The notes beneath the pieces are model-generated. The model was not told the DNA's origin. It ran no database searches and saw nothing but the letters and a program-made list of their open reading frames with translations. This document shows, piece by piece, positions 1-9,569 of a DNA stretch of 16,161 bases (positions are counted from its first letter, which is position 1; each line of letters begins with the position of its first letter). This stretch comes from Candidatus Bathyarchaeota archaeon (GTDB lineage: Archaea; Thermoproteota; Bathyarchaeia; Bathyarchaeales; Bathycorpusculaceae), in the NCBI GenBank assembly GCA_963768425.1, contig CAVYHV010000004.1, positions 1 through 16,161 on the forward strand. Direction: 5' to 3'. The position numbers and the translations under genes were made by a program.

Positions 1-33
1 AATAAAAAAGCTGTACAATAAAACTTAGAAACA

Positions 34-183
34 TTAGACGTTTGGCTGAACAATTACTGTTTGCTTAAAAATTTGGTTGGCGCACTCCTTTTCGGTCATG
101 TCAATTTCTGGCCACAAAACTTGGAGTATCCAGCGCCTCGCAAAACAAATATTTCCAGCTGTATTATGCAAGCGTTTCAACAA
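34..183 (-). CDS. possible 49-aa hypothetical protein (MLKRLHNTAG...VQPNV)
   Basis: TTG start at 183 with GGGTG(A) SD-like sequence about 7 nt upstream and TAA at 36-34. Divergent from the micropeptide promoter. No recognisable motif. Confidence 0.2.
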   Translation of the reverse strand: MLKRLHNTAGNICFARRWILQVLWPEIDMTEKECANQIFKQTVIVQPNV

Positions 184-231
184 TTTATTTCACCCAAATT
201 TTCTATTACCATTTAGACGCTTGTCGATGTT

Positions 232-270
232 TTATGAAATATTATGAACAAATCACAACTTCATTTATAT
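232..270 (+). promoter_or_regulatory. operator-like motif plus TATA box (copy 1)
   Basis: TTATGA-N4-TTATGA-N5-TCACAA (232-258), then 5 nt, then TTTATA (264-269). Confidence 0.7.
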
Positions 271-312
271 TTACCTGAGCAAATAACTAAACTACATAAA
301 AACGGTGAAAAT

Positions 313-411
313 ATGTTTGGACTGTTAGATTTAGCTTCAATCGGTGTAATCTTTGCTTCATTTGTAGTCATAATGTACAACATCAGATTAGAACTCAAAA
401 TCAAAGTGTAA
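313..411 (+). CDS. 32-aa single-TM micropeptide MFGLLDLASIGVIFASFVVIMYNIRLELKIKV
   Basis: GGTGA SD at 304-308, ATG at 313, TAA at 409-411, TATA upstream. Paralog at 9975..10079 differs by synonymous and conservative changes. Confidence 0.8.
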   Translation: MFGLLDLASIGVIFASFVVIMYNIRLELKIKV

Positions 412-459
412 CATAAGAAACACATTTTTGTGTAACTTGAATCAACGAAGGAGAAAAAT

Positions 460-648
460 ATGGAATTCAAAAATATACACGAAGCATTGAAATATATAAG
501 TCGCCAATCAAAAGCCTACCCGAGTGAAATAGACTATTATTCGTCGGAAGAATACAAAAAAATTTATCCTGAGCTTTGTCGTGTAAATCGCTTGCTGCAA
601 GCTGCATATAATGTTCATCATGAAGGTTGCAGCGTGCCCTTGCGCTAA
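460..648 (+). CDS. 62-aa hypothetical protein
   Basis: AAGGAG SD just upstream of the ATG, same strand as the micropeptide and followed by a hairpin. No recognised family. Confidence 0.5.
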   Translation: MEFKNIHEALKYISRQSKAYPSEIDYYSSEEYKKIYPELCRVNRLLQAAYNVHHEGCSVPLR

Positions 649-668
649 GCTGTTAACGAACAGCTTTC
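647..668 (+). terminator. hairpin at the end of the 460..648 ORF
   Basis: Perfect 8-bp inverted repeat AAGCTGTT-AACG-AACAGCTT (647-666) with only a short T tail. Confidence 0.3.
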
Positions 669-917
669 TAACCGATTGCTTTAAAGAGAAAGGCGAAATA
701 GTAACATTAAATGCGCTACTCTCATTACACTGATTTGAAAGAACCGATGAACTGGAAGATGAAAAGCATTCCCTTGAAAGATTTTCTGAAAGACATAATA
801 TCGACAAGACAGCGTCTAAGAATGCAGCAAAGCCGCCGACATATTCGCTTTTACATGCAAAGCCCATCGCCAAGAAACTACTTAAGGATTTAAGGGGACT
901 GAGCATTAGTCATTAGT

Positions 918-3716
918 GTGGTTGGCGGGGTTTATTTGGAAAAAGCTGCTTCTTTGCAAATTTACGAAGTCTTCGACGACCTAGCGACATCACCCAATGG
1001 TTTGACAAGCGAAGAGGCAAAAATTCGCCTAGCTAAAAATGGCTACAACCAACTTTCCGAAAAAAGACAATTACCATTCATTCATAAATTTTTTAGAAAC
1101 CTTCGAGATCTATTCGGCATTTTATTGCTTGTTGCAAGCGTCTTATCTTACATTAGCGGCAGTCCAGAACTTGCCCTAATCATACTCGCAGTTGTTTTTG
1201 TAAACATTTTTGTAAGCATGTTCCAAGAGTCTCGTGCAGAAAAGGCGATGGCGACTCTGAGAAGCTGGATGCCTGAGTTTGCAAAAGTAATTCGAGACGG
1301 AGAACTCAAAAAAATCTCAGTCAGAGAAATTGTTCCCGGCGACATTATATTTCTTGACGAAGGCGACCGTGTACCGGCGGACGCACGCTTATTTGAGACT
1401 TTTGACTTGTGGACCAATAACGTCCCCTTGACAGGCGAGTCCGAACCGCAGCCCCGTGTCGCTGAATCGGTACAAGTCGTAGAGAAAGCCTACATGTACG
1501 CACCTAACCTCGTGTTCATGAGCACTAGCGTAGCGAAAGGCCAGGGAAAAGCCGTTGTCTACTCAACCGGCATGGACACCCAGTTTGGAAAAATCGCTAA
1601 TCTAACCCAAACAATCCATGAAGAGGAAAGCCCGCTTCAGAAGGAAATCGCTTTAACAGCAAAGTATGACTTCATAATTGCTCTCGGCGTTGGCGCAACT
1701 TTTTTTGCCGCTAGTTTTCTGTTTCTGCACGCAACTTTGGCTACAAGCATTTTCTTCATGATAGGTGTAATGGTTGCTTGTGTTCCTGAAGGATTACAAG
1801 TCACCGTGTCAAGCGCCTTAGCCATCAACGTTCTGAAGATGGTCAAGCAGAATGTTTTAGTAAAACGGTTATCAGCCGTGCAAACGTTGGGCAGCGTTAC
1901 TGTAATCTGTACCGATAAGACAGGTACGATAACAAAAGGCGAAATGACTGTAAACAAACTATGGGTTTACAACTACATTGTGGACGTTTCCGGCTTAGGC
2001 TATACGCCTGAAGGCGATTTCACAACAAATGGTCAGCCATTGCAGGAGGGGCAAACAGGTTCACTGGAGAAACTTATAGAGATTGCCGCACTCTGCAACG
2101 GAGCGAAGTTGGATCCACCTTCGGATAGAAACAAGAATTGGAGTGTGATAGGTGATCCTACTGACGGGGCTTTGCTTGTTGCGGCACTTAAGTCGAATGT
2201 AAATGTCCAGAATGCTCTGGATAAGAAACCGATTGTACATCTTTTGCCGTTCAGTTTTGAGCGGAAACGTATGAGTACCGTGCATAAATTGAACGACGAT
2301 TTCTATATTTATACGAAAGGTGCTCCCAGAAACATCTTAGACATATGCAACAGACTGCTTGTGGGCGGCGAAGTTAAAGGCTTAGACGAAGAAAACATGT
2401 TGCTTATTGAATCAAGGATTCGCGAGTTTGCCGATCAAGGCTTGAGAGTTATTGCTGTAGCATATAAGGTGATACCCAAAAACCAATATGACGAAGACGA
2501 AGCAGAGAAAGACCTAATTTTTGTCGGTTTAACTGCAATGCGTGATCCCCCGAGAGTGGAGGTTAAAGACGCTGTTTTGGAGGCAAAACAAGCAGGAGTG
2601 AAAACCGTCATAATTACAGGTGACTACGGACCAACTGCTCAAGCTATTGCTCAAGAAGTTGCAATTGCCTCGAGGGACTGTTGCCAGGCTATTCGGGGCG
2701 TAGACTTGGAAGATTTAAGTGACCAAGCAATCATAGATGAAGTTCGCAAAGGCAACGTGATTTTTGCTCGTGTTTCACCTGAACAGAAACTTCGTATAGT
2801 TACAGTGCTCAAGAAGAGCGGAGAAATCGTTGCAGTAACTGGTGACGGAGCAAACGATGCGCCTTCGCTTAAGGAAGCTGACATCGGCGTTGCGATGGGC
2901 GCTTCAGGCACAGACGTTGCTCGTGAAGCCGCTGACATAGTTTTGCTAAATGATAGCTTTGCATCCATTGTTAAAGCCATTGAATCAGGACGAGCTATTT
3001 ACGAAAACATTCGTAAGTTTATTGTTTATGTGTTTTCGCACAACTGGGCTGAACTGATTCCTTTCATACTTTACGCGGTGTTAGGTATTCCTTTGCCGTT
3101 GCTTGTGCCGCAAGTTTTAGCCATTGACCTTGCCATTGACGTTATTCCTTCTCTGGCTTTAAGTCGTGAACCGCCTGAAGCAGGAATTATGCAGGAACCC
3201 CCAAGAAGCATCAAGGAGAGACTGTTCACCCGTAAGGTGCTACTCCGTTCAGTATTCATCGGGGTCATCATTGCCACAGGAGCTATGATTGGGTGTCTTA
3301 ACGCTTGGGCTGCGGGTGGATGGCACTTTGGAATGGCATTAACAAGTACAAGTTCATTTTACACTAGCGGAGTTTACGCCAAAGGTGTAACTATGACTTT
3401 TGCTGGCATAGTGGTCGCTCAAGCAGGCAACGTCTTGGCATGTCGAACCAGCAAGCAATCAATCTTCAAAACAAGCCTGAAAACAAACAAGTGGATACTC
3501 TTTGGCATCGCTGCACAACTCGGAATCCTCTCAATACTCATTTATGTTCCATTTATGCAACACGTCTTCACAACAACGGCTCTCTCTCTAAGCAACTGGG
3601 CATTTCTAGTGTCTTTGGCGATTATCGTTGTTTTCGCAGAGGAAATCAGAAAGTTCTTCAGCCGCAAATTCACTAAAACCAGTACTGAAGCACTAAAACT
3701 ACACGACCACACTTAA
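918..3716 (+). CDS. P2-type cation-transporting ATPase, Na,K/H,K-ATPase (P2C)-like; start may be TTG at 936
   Basis: Motifs LTGES, VPEGL, ICTDKTGT, KGAP, DPPR, TGD and TGDGANDAPSLKEADIGVAMG. TM5 SHNWAE, TM6 IDLAID, TM8 QAGNVLACRT. Intact 932-aa ORF. Confidence 0.95.
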   Translation: MVGGVYLEKAASLQIYEVFDDLATSPNGLTSEEAKIRLAKNGYNQLSEKRQLPFIHKFFRNLRDLFGILLLVASVLSYISGSPELALIILAVVFVNIFVSMFQESRAEKAMATLRSWMPEFAKVIRDGELKKISVREIVPGDIIFLDEGDRVPADARLFETFDLWTNNVPLTGESEPQPRVAESVQVVEKAYMYAPNLVFMSTSVAKGQGKAVVYSTGMDTQFGKIANLTQTIHEEESPLQKEIALTAKYDFIIALGVGATFFAASFLFLHATLATSIFFMIGVMVACVPEGLQVTVSSALAINVLKMVKQNVLVKRLSAVQTLGSVTVICTDKTGTITKGEMTVNKLWVYNYIVDVSGLGYTPEGDFTTNGQPLQEGQTGSLEKLIEIAALCNGAKLDPPSDRNKNWSVIGDPTDGALLVAALKSNVNVQNALDKKPIVHLLPFSFERKRMSTVHKLNDDFYIYTKGAPRNILDICNRLLVGGEVKGLDEENMLLIESRIREFADQGLRVIAVAYKVIPKNQYDEDEAEKDLIFVGLTAMRDPPRVEVKDAVLEAKQAGVKTVIITGDYGPTAQAIAQEVAIASRDCCQAIRGVDLEDLSDQAIIDEVRKGNVIFARVSPEQKLRIVTVLKKSGEIVAVTGDGANDAPSLKEADIGVAMGASGTDVAREAADIVLLNDSFASIVKAIESGRAIYENIRKFIVYVFSHNWAELIPFILYAVLGIPLPLLVPQVLAIDLAIDVIPSLALSREPPEAGIMQEPPRSIKERLFTRKVLLRSVFIGVIIATGAMIGCLNAWAAGGWHFGMALTSTSSFYTSGVYAKGVTMTFAGIVVAQAGNVLACRTSKQSIFKTSLKTNKWILFGIAAQLGILSILIYVPFMQHVFTTTALSLSNWAFLVSLAIIVVFAEEIRKFFSRKFTKTSTEALKLHDHT

Positions 3717-4009
3717 ACAGATACTTATTGCCCCGCGGTCCAGCCAACCAGCGCTTGATTGCAGATTTACATAACTCCCAGTTGCAGAAGGTGTCCTTTC
3801 ACGCGTTCAAACCAGAAAGCAGTTGAACAAACAATGCTTGGTTCAACCCTGACATCATTCGGATTGAACAAAGAATTTATCAAGATAGAGGGAGGTTTTT
3901 TGTTTTATTTCTATATTTAAATCGCAATCGATCGGTAACCACACAGTTTTTAGCTGTGCTTTCAGTTTTTCCAAGTTTTCCTGTAAGATAGTTCAAATAT
4001 TGCTGGAAA

Positions 4010-4051
4010 GTGTGAACAAATCACAACCAGTCATAATCAACTTTATATAAA
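4010..4051 (+). promoter_or_regulatory. operator-like motif plus TATA box upstream of the RAM-kdp operon (copy 2)
   Basis: TGTGA-ACAAA-TCACA palindrome (4011-4025), extra TCATAA half-site at 4031-4036, then 5 nt, then TTTATATAAA at 4042. Confidence 0.7.
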
Positions 4052-4096
4052 AGTGTGTATTTGACTAAGTGAAAGGGAGAAAAGAGAGGCCAAAAA

Positions 4097-4198
4097 TTGC
4101 AGTGTCTTGAAGTTAATATTCCTCATAGCAAAGATAGAGGAATTTCTGATTTGGCTTTCTTTAACAACATGAGAAAGAACCTCGAAGAGGTTCCATAG
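4097..4198 (+). CDS. possible 33-aa leader ORF MQCLEVNIPHSKDRGISDLAFFNNMRKNLEEVP
   Basis: GAGG SD 7 nt before a TTG, located just after the copy-2 promoter. Hydrophilic and not KdpF-like. Confidence 0.2.
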   Translation: MQCLEVNIPHSKDRGISDLAFFNNMRKNLEEVP

Positions 4199-4339
4199 TA
4201 AACTCCTTTTCGGACTCGCCTGATTATTATGTCGAACTTAAACGTTGTTGATATGTTTTGCATTTCGATTGAAAGTCGTTTCATATCCCGCTTGCCAGTT
4301 CCCAGTCTTGAATTCACTTGCAAATTGGAGAAGAAATAA

Positions 4340-4612
4340 ATGAGTCGTTTCTTAGCGTCAGTCAACATCTTCGCTGAAAACTCCCAAATAGATCAAGTTG
4401 TAGCAGCTTTGCGAAAGCTTGAGAACATTGAAGAAGTCTACGAAGTCGCAGGCGAATACGACATCGTCACGCTCGTAAGCACTTCAACGCTTGAAGAATT
4501 TCGTGACACCCTGCAGAAGAAAATTATGAAAATCAAAGGAGTAAAAAGCACCATAAGCACTATTATACTGAAACCCCATAAAGGTCATAGGTGTCAAAAA
4601 AACCACAATTAA
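4340..4612 (+). CDS. stand-alone Lrp/AsnC ligand-binding (RAM) domain protein
   Basis: VYEVAGEYDIV and IKGVKSTIS RAM signatures, no N-terminal HTH, GGAG SD. Confidence 0.9.
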   Translation: MSRFLASVNIFAENSQIDQVVAALRKLENIEEVYEVAGEYDIVTLVSTSTLEEFRDTLQKKIMKIKGVKSTISTIILKPHKGHRCQKNHN

Positions 4613-4675
4613 ATCAACCGTTATTTGAGGTAGGAGCCATAGTGAGCACAAATGCTATTTGGAGTTTCGGATTAA

Positions 4676-6337
4676 TTGATCGATGCAGTTCAAGCGCTGT
4701 CAATCATCATTATACTTGGAGTAACCATACTCTTAGCATGGCTAATAGCACCTTACATCACAGGGGTTTTTAAAAGAAAATCAAGCCGTCTAGACAAGAT
4801 CTTCAATCCCATCGAAAAATTCATTTACAGAATCACCGGTGTAAACACAGAGCAGTCGATGGGTTGGAAACAGTATTTCCTCGCTGGCTTACTTTTAAAC
4901 ATCGTTATGATGGTTATTGGCTTTCTAATCCTTGTTTTCCAAGGAAGCCTGCCCCTCAACCCAATGGGTTTTGGCGGCATAAAGCCAGATCTCGCCTTCA
5001 TGCAAGTAGTCTCATTCACAACAAACACAGACCTGCAGCACTACAACGGCGAAGTAGCCTTCTCTTATCTAAGCCAAATAAGTGTTTTACAGTGGCTTCA
5101 ATTCACCTCCGCCATAACAGGTCTATGCATGGGTATCGCTTTCATACGGGGATTGGTTGACGGCGCGAAAGACATGGGTAACTTCTATGTTGACTTCACC
5201 AGATCCATAACAAGGATTTTCTTGCCACTGACGATTATCGCTGCAATAATATTTCTTGCCTTAGGCGTACCTCAAACACTCAATGGCTATACAACAGTAA
5301 AAACCATAGAAGGCGCTGCTCAAACAATTCTAGTTGGGCCAGTGGCTTCTCTTGACTCAATAATGCAAATAGGCACCAATGGCGGCGGATTTTATGGAGC
5401 AAACGCTGCATACCCATTTATGAATCCATCGCCAGCCAGCAACATTCTTATGATTTCTCTTATGCTTCTGCTTCCCACGGCATTAATTTTTGTTTTCGGT
5501 CAAATGATCGGCAAAAAAACTGAGTCAAGGCCGCTTTTATGGGGCGCTTACATCCTGTTTGGAGTAAACTTGGCTTTGGCGTTCATTCCTGCCCTGCCTT
5601 TGGTGGCTCCAGGCATAGAAGTCAGATTCGGCGGCTTCATGTCCAGCTTCTACACCGTTACAACAACCGTCGCAACAACAGGCTCATTGAACTCAGCGCT
5701 TACTGGGAAACCATCCTCTAACATTACTTTCTGGATTCTTGGGCATGTTTATTCAGTCAATCCCAGGCGGAAAAGGCGTGGGCATGATGTACATGGTGAT
5801 GTACATTATAATAACAGTCTTCATCGTCGGACTTGATGTCGGGAAGAACTCCTGAATACTTAGGCATGAAAATCACAGGGCGCGACGTTAAACTTGTGAT
5901 GGTTGCTTTCCTTATTCATCCACTAATCATACTTATTCCAACAGTGATAGCATACGCCTCAGGTGCTGTTTCTGCAATAGGCATGGGTGGAAACTCTGTC
6001 GGTTACACCCAGGTTCTCTGGGAATTTACCAGCGCCGCAGCCAACAACGGCTCAGACTTCTTAGGCTGCCTCAGCCAACACGCCGTTCTTCAACATAGCA
6101 ACCGCCATAGTCATTCTCATTGGACGATATGCTCCAATTGTAATATTGTTGGCGCTTTCAGGATCAATGATTGGCAGAAAACGCGGCGGCACAACCTCGG
6201 GTCTAAAAACTGACACGCTGATATTCACTATAGTCTTGATTGCCAGCATCATCATACTTGTAGTGCTTACATTCTTCCCGTTCCTAGCAATTGGACCAAT
6301 AGCATCATTCTTTAAAGGGTTGGTGAACGGCTTTTGA
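4676..6337 (+). CDS. kdpA: K+-transporting ATPase subunit KdpA (three +1 frameshifts at ~5705-5710, ~5833 and ~6066)
   Basis: Filter/signature motifs TNTDLQHY, GTNGGGF, EVRFG, GRTPEYLG and ANNGSDF. Shifted frames give IPGGKGVG...VFIVGL and NTPFFNIATAIVILIGRY. C-terminus LTFFPFLAIGPI. Confidence 0.93.
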
Positions 6338-8514
6338 CCACTGAAAAACCTGTAAATTCAAAGACAAACAAAGAATCAGCGCCCACTGGAATTCGAACGG
6401 TTTTCTCTAGGAAAGTGCTAGTTGACTCTAGTAGTTCGTTTAAATCCCAAATCGTTACTTAGAAACCCAGTAATGTTGATCGTTGAAATCACCTTCTTTA
6501 TCGTTGCAGCAATGGCTATAGTTCCACAAGCATTCGTTCCAGTAGCTAGCCCCAGCTTACAAGTTTTCTACATTGAAGTCGCAGTCATCCTCCTCATCAC
6601 AGTCTGGTTTAGCACGCTCTCCGATGCACTTGCAGAGCAACAAGCAAAAAGCACTGCTGGAAGCTTGCGGAAACTGGAAACAGAAGTGTCCAGCAAAAAA
6701 ATTATCACGGAAGGCTGGACCCGAAACATAGTGACCGTGAAATCAACTGAGCTTAGAAAAGACGATCTTGTCCTCATTGAAGCAGGCGACATTGTTCCCT
6801 TAGACGCTGATGTAATTGAGGGAATCGCGATGGTTGACGAGTCACTTGTCACAGGCGAATCAGCCCCCGTCAGAAAGGCGCCTGGCGACTCTCTAATCGG
6901 CGGTTCTCGTCTTGCAAGCGATACCTTGACAGCGAAAATTACAACAAACCCAGGCGAAACCTTCATCGACCAAATGATCAAGATGGTCGAATCCTCCAAA
7001 CGACCAAAGACTCCAAACGAAGTTGCAATAACCATGGTGCTGATCGGCTTAACCGCCATATTCACCATAATCATACTTGCATTGCTAGGCACCTCAGTAA
7101 TGCTTGGTCTTGGAGCAGACTTGTCAGTGTTGATCGCATTATACGTTTGTCTTCTTCCTACAACCATAGGTGCCTTGCTGCCTGCCATCGGCCTCTCAGG
7201 GATAACTCGTCTTTACAAAAACAAAATCGTCGCAAAATCAGGCAGAGCAATAGAAACCGCGGGAGACGCAGACGTGGTGCTCTTAGACAAAACAGGTACA
7301 ATTACCGTGGGCAACCGGCAAGCCATAGAGTTCATCGCGTTTGAAGCATGTACAGAAGAAGACGTCGGCGAAGCAGCATTCCTGTCTTCTTGGCATGATG
7401 ATACCCCTGAAGGACGAAGCATACTGAGACTTGCCTACGAAAAAGGGTTCGTGCCAAAAGAACTAAACTCACTTGCAACCTCAGAAGTAGATGCATTCTC
7501 AGCAGTCACTCGAACAAGCGGGGTAAAAATAACTCACTTAGGTCTCACTTTGCCAAAAGGTGACAAGTCAGGAAGAGAGCAGAAAGCGCATTCGAAGAAA
7601 AGCCTCTATAGCAGTGGAAGAAACCGAGGCTGACATACTTGAATCCGAAATCGACATTGTAAAAGGCGCTCCTGAATCAATCAAAGACTTAGTCATCAAC
7701 TGTTCCCAAGAACTATGATCTAGTTGTGGAAGGGATTTCTGCAGCGGGAGAAACTCCAATAGCCGTCATGCGCAACGGAGTAGCCATCGGAATAATCAGA
7801 CTTAAAGACGTGCTTAAAGTGGGCATAAAAGAAAAGATTCAAGCCCTCAAAGTCATGGGAATCCGACCCGTCATGATTACAGGAGACCAGCCGCTAACCG
7901 CAAAAAGCATAGCTTCCGAGGTTGGAATCGACGAGTACGTTGCACAAGCTAAACCTGAAGACAAATATAAGATAGCTAAAAGAGAACAGGCTGAAAACAG
8001 AATCGTAGCCATGATCGGCGACGGAACCAACGATGCGCCAGCACTTTCCGCTGCAGACGTTGGGTTAGCAATGAACTCAGGCACTGAAGCAGCAAAAGAA
8101 GCCGCCAACATGGTGGATTTAGAATCAAACCCTGCAAAAATAATCGACGTTGTCATGTTGGGAAAGCAACTGCTGATGACCAGAGGTGCAGTTACGGCTT
8201 TCAGCATCGCCAACGACATGTCAAAATACTTCGCAATCATGCCTGTTATCTTTGCCGTCGCCCTTCCACAACTGAGTAGCCTCAACATCTTACAGTTGGG
8301 TCTTAAGAGTGCTGTGTTGTCAGCTCTGATCTTTAACGCAATAATTATTCCGCTTCTGATTCCGCTCGCTATGCGCGGCATCGCTTTCAAACCTACAAGC
8401 ACAATGACACTGTTCCTCAAGAACACTTTAATTTATGGAGTGGGCGGAGTTATCGTGCCATTCATCGGAATCAAACTAATAGACATACTGCTCGTAGGAG
8501 TATTTCATATTTAG
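6334..8514 (+). CDS. kdpB: K+-transporting ATPase subunit KdpB (three +1 frameshifts at ~6430, ~7545-7600 and ~7695)
   Basis: TTG at 6334 overlaps the kdpA TGA and has a GGTGA SD at 6322. Motifs [32 protein letters not shown] (intermediate frame), [15 protein letters not shown] and ANDMSKYF. Confidence 0.93.
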
Positions 8515-8525
8515 GAAGGAAAAGT

Positions 8526-8993
8526 ATGACTGAACAAAAAGAAAAATGGAACTTCAAACCAATCATTGGATTAGCACTGGTTTCGCTGTTGATTTGCGGG
8601 CTATTTTACCCGTTCTTAATCACTGGGATTGGCCAAGTTTTCTTTCCCAACCAAGCCAACGGCGACGTTGTCCAACTCAACGGGCAAGCAGTCGGATCAA
8701 ACCTTATAGCTCAAAACTTCACTTTGCCTATTTTTTTCCACACAAGAAACGAGACCGCGCTTCGCCTTCAGCATCAGGCGTTGACCCAGACATCACACTT
8801 GCAAGATGCTTATTCCCAGATTCCAGGAATAAGTAACGCAACAGGCATTTCTGCGGCTTCGTTAACAGCAATTGTTAATCAGAATCAACAGGGAACATTT
8901 TGGATTTTCGGCAGTCCATACATAAATGTTTTGAGAGTTAATTTGCTGCTGATAAATAATTATCCGTCAGTATACAGTAATTTTACTGGCTAA
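8526..8993 (+). CDS. kdpC: K+-transporting ATPase subunit KdpC (two compensating frameshifts at ~8757 and ~8797)
   Basis: LFYP..TGIGQVFFP.QANG, GSNLIAQ.F and INVLRVNL motifs. The SASGVDPDI motif lies in the alternative frame (ORF 8546..8836). Confidence 0.9.
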   Translation: MTEQKEKWNFKPIIGLALVSLLICGLFYPFLITGIGQVFFPNQANGDVVQLNGQAVGSNLIAQNFTLPIFFHTRNETALRLQHQALTQTSHLQDAYSQIPGISNATGISAASLTAIVNQNQQGTFWIFGSPYINVLRVNLLLINNYPSVYSNFTG

Positions 8994-9130
8994 TTGCGTT
9001 AGGTGCTATGTTGAATTGATGGTTTCTCGGAGATAGTATGCCAGCCATGTCAATTTAACAAATTTCCAACTTTACACTATATTTCTGTACGTTTGTCGGG
9101 GTAATGATGAATATTGTTGCGTATGAGCGA

Positions 9131-9146
9131 GAAAAGGTATAAATAT
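9131..9146 (+). promoter_or_regulatory. BRE-TATA of the second RAM gene
   Basis: GAAAAGGTATAAATAT about 35 nt upstream of ATG 9180. Confidence 0.55.
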
Positions 9147-9179
9147 ATGGAACTCCTGTTCATAAAGGAAATGACCCAT

Positions 9180-9467
9180 ATGCCAAGACTATTAGCATTC
9201 GTAGACATATTTGTAGAATCCCCAGAAATGGACAACGTCTTAGTTTCACTTGCCGAATTAGAACATCTTGAAGAATTCTACGAAGTTACTGGCGAATTTG
9301 ACATCGTAACCTTGGTGTCAGCCGCGGACATAGAAGAATTCCGAGATGTCCTCAAAAACAAAATCATGAAAATAAAAGGCGTAAAAAGCACTGTTAGCTC
9401 CATCGTTCTTAAAGCTCACAAAGGACCAAAATGTCCAGACGAAAGTGGTCAAGCTCCCCCAGGATAG
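9180..9467 (+). CDS. stand-alone Lrp/AsnC RAM-domain protein, close paralog of 4340..4612
   Basis: Start moved to ATG 9180 (MPRLLAFVDIF aligns with MSRFLASVNIF). Shares YEV.GE.DIVTLVS, EEFRD.L..KIMKIKGVKST and HKG..C with the paralog. Confidence 0.9.
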   Translation: MPRLLAFVDIFVESPEMDNVLVSLAELEHLEEFYEVTGEFDIVTLVSAADIEEFRDVLKNKIMKIKGVKSTVSSIVLKAHKGPKCPDESGQAPPG

Positions 9468-9569
9468 CTGGAACGAAAGCGTCAAATTTTGTTATCAAGC
9501 ATTTTTGCAAAAAATAGGCTTTTAAATTTAAAAAGAAAAAATTGGGTTTTGGTGTCTTCTGATTTGCTT

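Larger units (their letters stand above)
196..411 (+). repeat. dispersed duplication, copy 1 (promoter plus micropeptide cassette)
   Basis: Colinear similarity to 9857..10079 through the blocks AAATTTTCT, ATTTAGACG, TTATGAAA, TTATGAACAAATCACAAC, TTTATAT, GGTGAAAATATGTTTGGA and a 22-nt identical block TACAACATCAGATTAGAACTCA. Confidence 0.9.

Noticed and set aside
33-220. Isolated TTAGAC hexamers at ~34, ~213 and ~9874 as extra sites for the AbrB-like protein
   Set aside because: Single 6-mers are expected by chance, and two of them belong to the same duplication.
261-906. Minus-strand ORFs 261..470 and 508..906, and plus-strand ORF 711..893
   Set aside because: The minus-strand ORFs are antisense to better-supported small genes and their promoter; none shows a recognisable motif.
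4011-4026. CRP or Rex binding site
   Set aside because: The TGTGA/TCACA half-sites match, but the spacer is 5 nt rather than 6 and the context is archaeal.
1148-8426. Antisense and alternate-frame ORFs inside the ATPase and kdp genes
   Set aside because: These are shadow ORFs, except for the fragments used to reconstruct kdpA, kdpB and kdpC.
5700-8800. Programmed ribosomal frameshifting in kdp
   Set aside because: There are too many sites, with no common slippery motif or stimulatory structure.
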